From: an uncultured Candidatus Saccharibacteria bacterium
GTDB taxonomy: Bacteria; Patescibacteriota; Minisyncoccia; UBA6257; UBA9933
Length of the DNA: 64,000 nucleotides
Direction: 5' to 3'
Assembly: GCA_964453135.1 (NCBI GenBank)
Contig: CAYVOL010000002.1
Coordinates: forward strand, 55,094 to 119,093
The notes beneath the pieces were generated by a model that ran no database searches, was not told the origin of the DNA, and was given only the letters and a program-made list of their open reading frames with translations. Shown here one piece after another: positions 19,957 through 29,401 of the stretch (position 1 is its first letter; each line of letters begins with the position of its first letter). Position numbers and translations under genes: made by a program.

Positions 19957-20400
19957 TTACTTTATTCTGGAAGCCAGCGCTTTTTTGATGGTTTCCAGGA
20001 ATTGCTCGGTGCCGATGGTGGTTTTGACGGCGTAGTCGTAAGCGCCGATGTCTTTGGCTTTTTGGATGGTGTCAGTGTCGTTCATATTGGAGAATACGAT
20101 AATGGGAATATCTTTATATTTTTCATTGGCCTTGGTTTCTTTCAGGAAAGAAAAGCCCATTTTTTCGGACAAATCTTCTTTATTGTCGGAGACTGATTTG
20201 TCGTAAGGCAGGATAAGGTCCAAGACGATTAAGTCTGGAGTGTTTTTCTCGAGAAGTTCAAAGGCGGATTTTAAATCAAGAGCATTGAGTATTTCGTAAT
20301 CGTAATCTTTATCGGCGGAAAAAAGGTCGCTGAACAGAGAACACAACAAACTCTCGTCTTCTATAAACAATATTTTGGCATTTCTCGCGTTGTCTGCCAT
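19957..20400 (-). CDS. single-domain response regulator (REC only)
   Basis: KILFIEDE...DLIVLDLILPYDK with phospho-acceptor Asp context. 147 aa, no output domain. Confidence 0.75.
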   Translation of the reverse strand: MADNARNAKILFIEDESLLCSLFSDLFSADKDYDYEILNALDLKSAFELLEKNTPDLIVLDLILPYDKSVSDNKEDLSEKMGFSFLKETKANEKYKDIPIIVFSNMNDTDTIQKAKDIGAYDYAVKTTIGTEQFLETIKKALASRIK

Positions 20401-20487
20401 TACTATTATTTTAAAGCATTATATTTTCCAGTCAATTGAAAAGCGGGGATAAACGGAGGGCGCGGACTGCCTCGTTCAATGATTTTC

Positions 20488-20730
20488 CTAGTCGGGTATC
20501 TTTAATTGCCCCGTTGCCTTAAATTCCTGCAGTTTTTTGAATGTTTCCTCAATGAGATTTTCCATTTTATTCGCCCCTTCCAGCGCTTTCAAGACGAAAT
20601 CCCGCTGTTTTTCCGGCGGGAATTTGACGTAAGTGTTGTTTTCCCAGAAACTCAAATACCCTTTAACAATGGTAAGAGGACCTTTCAGGTCGTGTTTCAT
20701 TACTCTTAGAACGTCCTTTTTTTCTTCCAT
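20488..20730 (-). CDS. orphan HisKA (DHp) domain fragment of a histidine kinase
   Basis: H-box MKHDLKGPLTIVKGY. 80 aa, no HATPase_c domain. Confidence 0.45.
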   Translation of the reverse strand: MEEKKDVLRVMKHDLKGPLTIVKGYLSFWENNTYVKFPPEKQRDFVLKALEGANKMENLIEETFKKLQEFKATGQLKIPD

Positions 20731-20867
20731 AAATTTTAAAAACAGGATTTAATTAACTGGCTGCTGTGTTATTTTTTAGTATAGCATATTTGTTTTCAAC
20801 AACAAGTTATGATTAGGTTACGAATACACAAAAATTATTATGAATAATAATATGTTTATCTGTTATA

Positions 20868-23063
20868 ATGTTTATAATGAAGAAAATTCTTTTGATTGAC
20901 GCTAACGCTCTTATTCACCGGAGTTTTCACGCTTTGCCGTCTTTTGCTTCTTCCACCGGACAAGCCACGGGCGCGCTTTACGGCTTATCCAATATCCTCT
21001 TGAAAATTCTTAAAAAAGATCCGCCGGATTATTTAGCCGCTTTTTTTGACCGGCCCGAGCCTACTTTTCGCAAAGAACTTTATTCGGAATACAAGGCGCA
21101 TCGTCCTAAAGCTCCGGACGAGCTTATCTCCCAAATTAAGGAAGCTCGCCGGCTTTTTGAGCAGTTTGGCGTCAAAGTTTTTGAAATTCCTGGTTTTGAG
21201 GCCGATGATTTAATCGGCGCGGCGGTGAAAAAATTTAAAGACGCCAATCAATCTCAAATAGTTATTCTTACCGGCGACTTGGATACCTTGCAGCTGGTGG
21301 AGGGTAATAAAATTGTGGTGGAGGCGCTGAAAAAAGGAATCTCCGAGACCATAATTTACAACGAGACAGCAGTGAAAGAAAAATACGGAATTTCTCCCGA
21401 ACAAATTCCCGATTATAAAGGGTTGGTGGGCGACCAATCCGACAATATTCCGGGCGTGAAAGGAGTGGGCCCGAAAACCGCCGCCGCTTTTATTCAAAAA
21501 TACAAAACTTTGGAAAATTTTTTCCAAAAACATCAGGGAGCTGGACGCGAGCAAGAGAAAACAGCCGAAGAAAAATTAGGAAAAAAATCAGAAAGCGCCA
21601 TTCAGAAAATTATCAGCGAAAAAGAAATTGCTTTGCTTTCCAAAAGATTGGCTGTTATTAATCAGGAAGCGTCTTTGGCCATTGATAATTTGGAAGAAAT
21701 AAAATACGGGAAGCTTCCTTTGGAGCATATTATCAAATACTTTGAAAGTTTGGGCTTTCAGAGTCTGATAAAACGGCTGCGCGAATTTCAGGAAATCTCC
21801 CAGAAAAATTTATTGGCGCATGACCATTTGCCCGCCAAGGAAATAGAATTTTTGAAACACCAGCCCACCTTGTCTTTGAAGATAGCGGAAGAAGTGGAAG
21901 CGCCTCTCACCGCCATTTTAAAGGAAATGGAAAACATCGGCATAAAGGTTGATATCGCAAAATTGAAAGAAAAGCGGAGCGCGGTAGAAAAAGGGCTGGA
22001 TAAATTAACCAAAGAAATTTATCAGGAAGCCGGGGAAGTTTTTAATATTAACTCTCCCAAACAAACCCTGGATATTCTTAACAAAAAATTTAAGCTGTCT
22101 TTGCGCTCTACTGCTTATGAGAAATTGATCAAGTTAAAAAACGTTTCTTTGGCGAAATTAATTCTTGAGTACCGCGAACTTTTTAAACTGAATTCAACAT
22201 ATTTTATTCCTCTTATTGAACGGGCATCGCAAGATGCCAAAAGCCGCATTCACCCTACTTTTGTGCAGCTGAAAGCCGCCACGGGCCGCATCACTTGCGA
22301 AAATCCTAATTTGCAGAACATCCCCAAGAGCGCGCGCGATGTTTTCGTGCCTGAAAAAGGCTATAAACTGGCGGCTTTTGATTATTCCCAAATTGAACTG
22401 CGCATCATTGCTTCTTTGTGCGAAGACGCGGAAATGATAAATGTTTTTTTAAGCGGCAAGGATATTCATCAAATGACTGCCTCGAAAATCTTTCGGGTGA
22501 AATCCGAAGACGTCAATTCTTCTATGCGCCAAATCGCCAAGACATTGAACTTCGGCATTATTTACGGAATGGGCAGCCGCAGCTTCAGCGAGGGAAGCGG
22601 GCTGAGTTTGGCAGAGGCGAAAAAATTTATCGCGGAATATTTTGCCGGCTTCCCGGCTATTAAAATTTGGCAGGAGAATGTTTTGAAAGACGCGCGCCAG
22701 AACGGTTATGTGGAAAATTTAAACGGACGGCGCCGGTATTTGCCGGAAATAATTTCTTTTAACCCCCGGATTCAGGCTGAGGCGGAAAGAATGGCGGTTA
22801 ATTTTCCGGTGCAAAGTTTGGCGGCGGACATTATTAAAATGGCGATGATAGGAACTAAGGAAAAATTAACCGAAAAAAATTATTGGAGCGTTAAAGCGCA
22901 TATGCTTCTGACCATTCACGACGAATTGGTGTTTGAAATTAAAGACGACGAATCACTTCCCGGAATCGCCGCTTTAATTAAGGAAACAATGGAGAATGTT
23001 TATGTTTTAAAAGCGCCGCTATCGGTAAAGTCGGCCGCAGGGGATAGCTGGAAAGATTTATAA
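20868..23063 (+). CDS. polA: DNA polymerase I (5'-3' exonuclease + polymerase domains, no recognisable 3'-5' proofreading domain)
   Basis: N-terminal FEN-like LLIDANALIHRSFHAL. Pol A motifs DYSQIELRI, RQIAKTLNFGIIYGM, HDELVFE. 731 aa. Confidence 0.9.
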   Translation: MFIMKKILLIDANALIHRSFHALPSFASSTGQATGALYGLSNILLKILKKDPPDYLAAFFDRPEPTFRKELYSEYKAHRPKAPDELISQIKEARRLFEQFGVKVFEIPGFEADDLIGAAVKKFKDANQSQIVILTGDLDTLQLVEGNKIVVEALKKGISETIIYNETAVKEKYGISPEQIPDYKGLVGDQSDNIPGVKGVGPKTAAAFIQKYKTLENFFQKHQGAGREQEKTAEEKLGKKSESAIQKIISEKEIALLSKRLAVINQEASLAIDNLEEIKYGKLPLEHIIKYFESLGFQSLIKRLREFQEISQKNLLAHDHLPAKEIEFLKHQPTLSLKIAEEVEAPLTAILKEMENIGIKVDIAKLKEKRSAVEKGLDKLTKEIYQEAGEVFNINSPKQTLDILNKKFKLSLRSTAYEKLIKLKNVSLAKLILEYRELFKLNSTYFIPLIERASQDAKSRIHPTFVQLKAATGRITCENPNLQNIPKSARDVFVPEKGYKLAAFDYSQIELRIIASLCEDAEMINVFLSGKDIHQMTASKIFRVKSEDVNSSMRQIAKTLNFGIIYGMGSRSFSEGSGLSLAEAKKFIAEYFAGFPAIKIWQENVLKDARQNGYVENLNGRRRYLPEIISFNPRIQAEAERMAVNFPVQSLAADIIKMAMIGTKEKLTEKNYWSVKAHMLLTIHDELVFEIKDDESLPGIAALIKETMENVYVLKAPLSVKSAAGDSWKDL

Positions 23064-23480
23064 GGGTTTAATTACAACGTATCTTTCGCTGCCTTCTCCG
23101 GAGCTTTCCGTGGTTAGATCCGGGCGGTTTGCCAGCTCGGCATGTATTAAACGGCGTTCGTAGGAGTTCATTGCCGGAAGAGTTATCGGTTCTTTGGCGG
23201 TAGCGGCTTTGCGCGCCGCGGCGCGGGCCAGTTCTAAAATCAGCTCCTCTCTTTTCTTGCGGTAATTGTTTACGTCAACAATTATCAAAGAGCCGTCATT
23301 TTTTTTGGCAATCATTTTGACAATATGGTTAAAATCATCCATAAAACCCGGAAGACTTTTTTCAATTAAAACATCGGAAATGATAATGTGAAAACGATGA
23401 CCGTCGGAATTTTCAGTGACGGAAAAATCCTCAAATCCTATTTTGGTTATTAAGTTTTCAATAATTTGTTTTAGTTCCAT
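23058..23480 (-). CDS. Jag/KhpB-like R3H RNA-binding protein
   Basis: C-terminal R3H motif SYERRLIHAELAN. Immediately downstream of yidC as in the conserved yidC-jag pair. Confidence 0.7.
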   Translation of the reverse strand: MELKQIIENLITKIGFEDFSVTENSDGHRFHIIISDVLIEKSLPGFMDDFNHIVKMIAKKNDGSLIIVDVNNYRKKREELILELARAAARKAATAKEPITLPAMNSYERRLIHAELANRPDLTTESSGEGSERYVVIKPL

Positions 23481-23554
23481 ATTTTAGGCGTCAAGCGTCA
23501 AGTATCGGGTATCAAGCGTTGGACGTCAAGGGGTGTCGGCTGCTGAACATTGAA

Positions 23555-24265
23555 TTAGCGCGCCGTTTCCAATTTCTCTTCTTCTTTTTCAATCTCCTTT
23601 TTTATATTCAATTTATTATTTATTATCATTTGTTGGACAACGGAAAACGCGGTGGTGGTGAGCCAGTAAAGCGCCACAGCTGAAGGAAAGCGCCAAAGCA
23701 GGGAGATGGTTAAAATTGGCCCAAGAAACAGCATCATCTTCGCCATTTGTTCTTCGGCAGAGAGATTATAGAACTTTTTTTTGGATTTGGGAAGAGTCAG
23801 CCGCGATTGCCAGTATTGCGCGAGGCAGGCCGCTATGGCTAAAAAAGGGCTGGGCTGAGCAAGATTAAAAAATCCCAAAAAATGAGTATCAATGCCGCCG
23901 ATATTTTTGAATCCGCGGGAGAAAATGAAAAATAAAGAAATCATCACCGGCATCTGAAGCAATAAAAGAAAAAAAGAGCTGAAAGGATTGACTTTGTGTT
24001 CGCGATAAAGCTCCATCGTGGCTTGCACTTGTTTTTCTTTGTCTTCTTTATGAAGCCGCTGGATTTCTTTCAGGCGCGGCGCGATTTTTTGCATAATGGC
24101 CTGGTCTTTGGCGCTTTTATAGAATAAAGGGAAGAGGACGAAACGGATAATAAGGGTTAAAAGAATCACCGCCACGCCGAAATCTCCGAAGGAGAAATGC
24201 TGGTAGAGGTAAATCAAAAAATTCAACAGCGGTTCGTAGAGATATTGTTTGAAAAAATCAATCAT
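23555..24265 (-). CDS. yidC: membrane protein insertase YidC (short form)
   Basis: LIIRFVLFPL...QKIAPRLKEIQRLHKEDKEK...ELYREHKVNPFSS conserved YidC/Oxa1 core. Confidence 0.85.
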   Translation of the reverse strand: MIDFFKQYLYEPLLNFLIYLYQHFSFGDFGVAVILLTLIIRFVLFPLFYKSAKDQAIMQKIAPRLKEIQRLHKEDKEKQVQATMELYREHKVNPFSSFFLLLLQMPVMISLFFIFSRGFKNIGGIDTHFLGFFNLAQPSPFLAIAACLAQYWQSRLTLPKSKKKFYNLSAEEQMAKMMLFLGPILTISLLWRFPSAVALYWLTTTAFSVVQQMIINNKLNIKKEIEKEEEKLETAR

Positions 24266-24317
24266 AAAATTTTATTAGCGCATAGCGTTTAATGTGGATG
24301 AAAATAGAATTCGCGGC

Positions 24318-25241
24318 TCAAGTACTCTTAACTTTCAGGTAGTCATTGATGTTTAAGACTGCCTTGACGGCGTCTCCGATGGCGATGTTGATTTGGCCGT
24401 ACAAAACATCGGTAATGTCTCCGGCGGCCCAAATGCCTTCGCGGGATGTTTTTTGGGTTTTGCCGTCAACAATAATTTTTCCCGCGGGACTGACGTCTAT
24501 CAGGTTTTTAAACAAGCCGCTGTTTGGCTGGTTGCCGATAGCCACGAAAACGCCGTCGGTTTCTAATTCTTTAACGCCTCCCTTGGCGCGGTCTTCATAT
24601 TTAATGGCGGAAACGAAATTGCCGCCAATGATTTCCGATGTTTCCGCCTGGCTGATAAATTCAACCTTTCCGGATTCTCTGGCTTTATCTAAATAAACCG
24701 GGTCGGCGCGGAAAGTATTATTATGACTTAAAATAAAAATTTTGGAAGCGTAGGGCAGCAAATCCAAAACAGCGTACAAGGCGGAGTTTCCTCCTCCGAC
24801 GACCGCCGCTGTTTTATTTTTCATTAAAGGAGCGTCGCAAATAGAGCAATAAAAAACGCCCTTGCCTTCAAATTTTTTTTCTCCGGGAATATTCAGCTTG
24901 CGATGATTGCTTCCCGAAGCGATAAGAATTGTTTTAGATTCAAAAATTTCGCCGTCAGCCGCCACAGAAAAGCCGGCGTCGGTCACCCCAATTTTTTCAA
25001 TCCGGCGTCCCTCTTTTATCTCAATTCCGTCATGCGAACGCAAGTGTTCTTCCAGGGTGTTTTTCAATTCCAGTCCGCTGATGGATTGGAAGCCGATGAA
25101 GTTGTTTATTTGAGAGGCAACCACGGATTGGCCGCCGAAAGATTCGGTGATAAGCAGGGTGTTTATTTTTTTTCGGGAGGCGTAAATGCCGGCGGCTATA
25201 CCTGCCGGTCCGCCGCCGATAATGATAAGGTCATACAGCAT
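24318..25241 (-). CDS. trxB: thioredoxin-disulfide reductase
   Basis: LIIIGGGPAGIAAGIYA FAD site, redox-active CSICD, GGGNSA NADPH site, 307 aa. Confidence 0.85.
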   Translation of the reverse strand: MLYDLIIIGGGPAGIAAGIYASRKKINTLLITESFGGQSVVASQINNFIGFQSISGLELKNTLEEHLRSHDGIEIKEGRRIEKIGVTDAGFSVAADGEIFESKTILIASGSNHRKLNIPGEKKFEGKGVFYCSICDAPLMKNKTAAVVGGGNSALYAVLDLLPYASKIFILSHNNTFRADPVYLDKARESGKVEFISQAETSEIIGGNFVSAIKYEDRAKGGVKELETDGVFVAIGNQPNSGLFKNLIDVSPAGKIIVDGKTQKTSREGIWAAGDITDVLYGQINIAIGDAVKAVLNINDYLKVKST

Positions 25242-25318
25242 GTAATGTGTGGTATGTAGCGCGTAACGCGTGAACAGAATGCGTTTACGCCGCGCAGAAT
25301 ACCGCGGAATTCAGCGTC

Positions 25319-25552
25319 CTATGTTTTTAACGCTTTGTCTATTTCTGCCCGATTAAATCCGATGATAATCTCGCTGTTTATATCAATAACCGGCACGCCC
25401 AATTGCTGTGATTTTTTAATCATTTCGTCGCGGGCTTTTTCGTCAACGCTGACGTCAAATTCTTCGTAAGCGACATTTTTTTGGCGAAAATAATCTTTGG
25501 CCATCTGGCAATAAGGGCAAACCGGCGTGGAATAAATTTTTATTTTAGGCAT
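25319..25552 (-). CDS. glutaredoxin-like protein
   Basis: IKIYSTPVCPYCQMAKDYF CPYC active site, 77 aa. Confidence 0.75.
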   Translation of the reverse strand: MPKIKIYSTPVCPYCQMAKDYFRQKNVAYEEFDVSVDEKARDEMIKKSQQLGVPVIDINSEIIIGFNRAEIDKALKT

Positions 25553-25593
25553 AGTTTGTTAAATGATTTTTTGAACGGATTTTTTGAGTTGTT

Positions 25594-26445
25594 TTATTTT
25601 AACAAAGCGTCAATCGCCGCCTTCATTGCCAGATAATCAAATTCTCTTTTTTCGTTCATTTGCAGACTTACTTTCTGGCCGTTAAGAAATACAGCCGGCG
25701 TTCCCACGCCTTCGGGCAGGGCTTTTTCCGCTTCGCTCATCGCGTCGGAGTAAGTATTTTTGTATTTCTCGGAATCATAACAGGCGCCGAAAGCGGCAAC
25801 ATTCATTCTTAAAGCGGCGGCGGTTTTCTGGAAAAAATCCTTAACCAGATTCCCGCTACCCTCATTGGAAGCCAATTGTCCAGACATTACTTTTTGCACC
25901 TCGGCGTATTCCGCGCTGAAGATCGCGTCGCGCATTTCCCAGAATTTTCCCTGCTCTTGGGAGCATTTGGCGGCAATTACGGCGTTTTGCGATTCTTTGA
26001 CGGTTGAACGCGCATCCAAAAAGGCCAAGGGCTTATAAACCATTTTTACTTTTCCGGTTTTAATATATTCTTCGCGTAAGGACTCTTCTATTTCTTTATG
26101 GAATTTGGCGCAAAACGGGCATTGAAAATCGCCGAATTCTATCAGGGTTATAGGAGCGTCGGTATTGCCTAAAATAGCGTCGCTTTCGGAAATTTGAGGG
26201 GAAGCGGTTTGTCCGGTCTGGGCGCCGTTATTCAATGTTTTAAGTGCTACTGCTTGTTGGCTATTTTGAGAAGGGGCATAATTTTTTAAGCCCGTGGAGT
26301 AAATAACCGCTCCGGCGATTAACACTCCGGCGAAGATAATGCTGGCTGGCAGAAGCCAATCTTTCCCCTTTTTTCCTTGGGGTTGCGCGATAGATTGTTC
26401 CTCGGACTGCTCATTGATAGCGCTGTTAGAAGTTTGATTTTCCAT
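25594..26445 (-). CDS. DsbA-family thiol:disulfide oxidoreductase, membrane-anchored
   Basis: N-terminal TM helix. Thioredoxin-fold motif LIEFGDFQCPFCAKFH. Confidence 0.75.
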   Translation of the reverse strand: MENQTSNSAINEQSEEQSIAQPQGKKGKDWLLPASIIFAGVLIAGAVIYSTGLKNYAPSQNSQQAVALKTLNNGAQTGQTASPQISESDAILGNTDAPITLIEFGDFQCPFCAKFHKEIEESLREEYIKTGKVKMVYKPLAFLDARSTVKESQNAVIAAKCSQEQGKFWEMRDAIFSAEYAEVQKVMSGQLASNEGSGNLVKDFFQKTAAALRMNVAAFGACYDSEKYKNTYSDAMSEAEKALPEGVGTPAVFLNGQKVSLQMNEKREFDYLAMKAAIDALLK

Positions 26446-26485
26446 ATGCTACAATGATAGGGTTCAGGCGAAGCAATGTCAAATT

Positions 26486-27847
26486 TTGCTGGAATTTTAT
26501 CCATTATTTTTGCCTGTTATTATGAATAATTTTAAATTTTTGGCGGTTTTCGCGGGCGACGCGGCGATTTTTTTTCTTTCTTTGGCGCTGGCTATTTATC
26601 TGCGCCAGCCCGTAAATTTTCCCGCGGTTTTTCGGGAGCACTTTTTGCCCTTTTCTTTTATTTTTGTGTTTTGGACGCTGGTTTTTTATTTGTTTAATCT
26701 ATACGAGCCGAAAAATTTTAAGAACGACCTCGCGCTTTTCAAAAATTTTATCCTTTCTCTCGTTTTTAACGCGGCCGCCGCCGTTATTTTCCTGTATTTT
26801 TTCGCCGCTCAGTTTCAAAATGTTTCCCCTAAGACAATTTTCTTTCTTTTTGTTTTGATTTTCGGGCTGCTTGGATTTTTGTGGCGCTATTTTTTCAATT
26901 ATTTCAATAACATCGTCGGAGCAGGGGAGAAAATTTTATTTATTCTTCCTTCTGAACAGCGTTATCAAAAATCAGTCGGCGAATTAAGCGGTTATCTCAA
27001 AAATCATCCTCACCTTGGCTACGAGATAAAATATCAGCTGCCGGAAGGCGACATTAGCCAGATGGATAAGATTCCCGACATCATCCGGAATCATCAGATA
27101 AATTTAATTATTATCCCGGCGCATTTGAAGGAGAAAAAATTGTCCCGGGCGATTTACGACAATTTGGCCTTGGGAATTGCTTTGATAAGCTGGGTGGAAT
27201 TTTACGAGATTATTTTTAAAAAAATTCCTTTGGCCGAGCTGGAAGAAAGCTGGTTTTTGGAAAATATCGCTTTTCGCCACCAAATTTACGACGCGGTTAA
27301 GGGGATAACCGAAGCAATTTTGTCGTCCATTTTAATTATTATTTTATCGCCTCTTTTTGTTTTGATTTTTATTTTAATAAAAATTACTTCCCGCGGCCCG
27401 GCGATTTATCGGCAAAAAAGAACCGGACAAAAAGAAAAAATTTTCACGCTTTACAAATTTCGCACTATGAGGATTGACCAAGAAGGGCCTTTGTGGACTG
27501 ACAAAAACGATCGCCGCCTTACTTTCGCGGGGAAAATTTTGCGTTACAGCCATTTAGACGAACTGCCCCAGTTGTGGAATATCTTAAAAGGCGACATTTC
27601 TTTTGTGGGGCCGCGGCCGGAGCGGGTGGAACTTTCCGAACAATACAAACAGCTTCCTTTTTACGAAATCCGCCATATTATCAAACCGGGACTTACCGGC
27701 TGGGCGCAAATAAATTATCAGCCGAGCGTTTCTTTGGAAGAGGCTTACGAAAAACTGCAATACGATGTTTATTATATTGAGAATCGCTCGCTGTTTTTGG
27801 ACTTCTTGATTTTAGTGAAAACAATCAAACATTTATTCGCGTCCTGA
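26486..27847 (+). CDS. undecaprenyl-phosphate sugar phosphotransferase (WbaP/CpsE-type initiating enzyme)
   Basis: N-terminal TM bundle. C-terminal bacterial sugar transferase motifs LSPLFVLIFILIKITSRGPAIYRQKRTG...FTLYKFRTM...FVGPRPER. Confidence 0.85.
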   Translation: MLEFYPLFLPVIMNNFKFLAVFAGDAAIFFLSLALAIYLRQPVNFPAVFREHFLPFSFIFVFWTLVFYLFNLYEPKNFKNDLALFKNFILSLVFNAAAAVIFLYFFAAQFQNVSPKTIFFLFVLIFGLLGFLWRYFFNYFNNIVGAGEKILFILPSEQRYQKSVGELSGYLKNHPHLGYEIKYQLPEGDISQMDKIPDIIRNHQINLIIIPAHLKEKKLSRAIYDNLALGIALISWVEFYEIIFKKIPLAELEESWFLENIAFRHQIYDAVKGITEAILSSILIIILSPLFVLIFILIKITSRGPAIYRQKRTGQKEKIFTLYKFRTMRIDQEGPLWTDKNDRRLTFAGKILRYSHLDELPQLWNILKGDISFVGPRPERVELSEQYKQLPFYEIRHIIKPGLTGWAQINYQPSVSLEEAYEKLQYDVYYIENRSLFLDFLILVKTIKHLFAS

Positions 27848-27855
27848 CTTAAGAA

Positions 27856-29322
27856 ATGATCAGCCGCCTTAAAAATCTTCTTTTTCAAAATCGTTCTACC
27901 AGGCAAACCATCGCTAAAAATATTTTTTGGCTGAGCGTGTCGCAGGTGGGCAGCCGTTTTATCCGCGCCAGCATTTTGATTTACGCGGCGCGCGTTTTGG
28001 GCGCGGAGCAGTACGGAGTTTTTTCCTATGTTTTGGGATTGGCCGGATTTTTTACCATCTTCGCCGATCTGGGGGTAAGCCCTTTGATGACGCGGGAAGT
28101 GGCGGGCCGGCCGGAAAAGCGAACGGTTTATTTCGCCAACGCTTTTTGGCTAAAAACCATACTTCTTTCCTTGACGGCTATACTCATTGTTTTCGCGGCG
28201 CCTAAATTTTCCAAAATTGAAGAGGCGTCCTTTCTTATTCCTTTCGTGGCGCTTCTTACTATATTTGATAATTTCCGCGATTTTACATTCTCTTATTTTC
28301 GGGGAACGGAAAAAATGGAGGTAGAAGGTTTTCTGACGGTTATTATGAATGTGGCGATTGCCGCGGCCGGATTTGTTATTTTATATTTTTCCAAAACCGC
28401 CGGCGCTTTGCTTTTTTCTTATATTGCCAGCGTGGGTATTTTAAGCGCGATTGCTTTTTATTTTATCAAAGACGAATTGAAAAATGTTTTTCAAAATTTT
28501 CACAAAAAAATCTTCGTCCAATTTTTTAATGATTCCTGGCCATTGGCTTTCGCGGGACTCTTCGGCGTTTTTATGCTGAACATTGACCTGGTGATTCTCG
28601 GCTGGTGGCGCGGCGCGGCGGAAATCGGCTATTACGCGGCCAGCCAGCGGGTGGTGCAAATACTTTATACTTTGCCCTCCATTCTGGCCAGCGCCGCTTT
28701 TCCCGCTCTCTCGCGCTTTGTCAGCCAAAACGATATAGAAAAAGCGCGCCGGCTTAATGAAAAATCAATGGCGGTTTTGTATTTTGTCGCCCTGCCGCTG
28801 GCCGTGGGCGGAGTTGTATTGGGAGCGCCGATAATAGAATTTCTCTTTGGCAAAGAATATCTTCCGGGCGCGCCCACTTTTCAGATATTCTGCGCTACTT
28901 TGCTGATAAATTTTCCCGGAGCCGTAATTGGCAATCTTATTTTGGCGCACAACCAACAGCGGTCGTCGTTTAAGTATCTGGCTTTGGGCGCGCTTACCAA
29001 TGTATTATTTGACATTATTTTAATCCCGCCTTACGGCATTGCCGGTTCGGCAGTAGCGACTTTTCTGTCGCAGGCGGTTTATTTTATCCCGGTCTGGTTT
29101 ATGATGAAAAAGAAAAATAATTTTCAAACACTTGTCTACTTAAAAAAAATGATTGCGAGCGCGGCTCTTATGGGGATTTTCAGCTACGGACTTAATGTTT
29201 TCGGTTCGCCGGTTGCTGTTAATATCGTTCTCTCGGCGGGAATCTATTTGGGACTGCTTTATTTATTGAAAGAAAACATTATTTATGAAATGGGAGAATT
29301 GTTTGGCAGGTTGAAGGAGTAG
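27856..29322 (+). CDS. wzx: Wzx-like oligosaccharide flippase (MOP superfamily)
   Basis: 488 aa, about 12-14 TM helices, polysaccharide biosynthesis protein architecture. Confidence 0.75.
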   Translation: MISRLKNLLFQNRSTRQTIAKNIFWLSVSQVGSRFIRASILIYAARVLGAEQYGVFSYVLGLAGFFTIFADLGVSPLMTREVAGRPEKRTVYFANAFWLKTILLSLTAILIVFAAPKFSKIEEASFLIPFVALLTIFDNFRDFTFSYFRGTEKMEVEGFLTVIMNVAIAAAGFVILYFSKTAGALLFSYIASVGILSAIAFYFIKDELKNVFQNFHKKIFVQFFNDSWPLAFAGLFGVFMLNIDLVILGWWRGAAEIGYYAASQRVVQILYTLPSILASAAFPALSRFVSQNDIEKARRLNEKSMAVLYFVALPLAVGGVVLGAPIIEFLFGKEYLPGAPTFQIFCATLLINFPGAVIGNLILAHNQQRSSFKYLALGALTNVLFDIILIPPYGIAGSAVATFLSQAVYFIPVWFMMKKKNNFQTLVYLKKMIASAALMGIFSYGLNVFGSPVAVNIVLSAGIYLGLLYLLKENIIYEMGELFGRLKE

Positions 29323-29363
29323 AGAGATACTTTCGGGAGTTGTTTGCTATTTATCTCCGTCTA

Positions 29364-29395
29364 TTGTCTTGCGGGGGGGGGCTTACTGGTATAAT
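29364..29395 (+). promoter_or_regulatory. candidate sigma70-like promoter with G9 homopolymer in the spacer
   Basis: TTGTCT (29364-69), 20-nt spacer containing GGGGGGGGG (29373-81), extended -10 TGgTATAAT (29387-95), ATG at 29402. Confidence 0.35.
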
Positions 29396-29401
29396 TAAAA
29401 T

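Noticed and set aside
23481-23554. Short direct repeats gcgtcaag / tatcaagcg in the jag-yidC intergenic region, with a similar cgcttgat string inside ssrA
   Set aside because: Units are only 7-8 nt, few copies. The similarity to tmRNA is too short to distinguish from chance.
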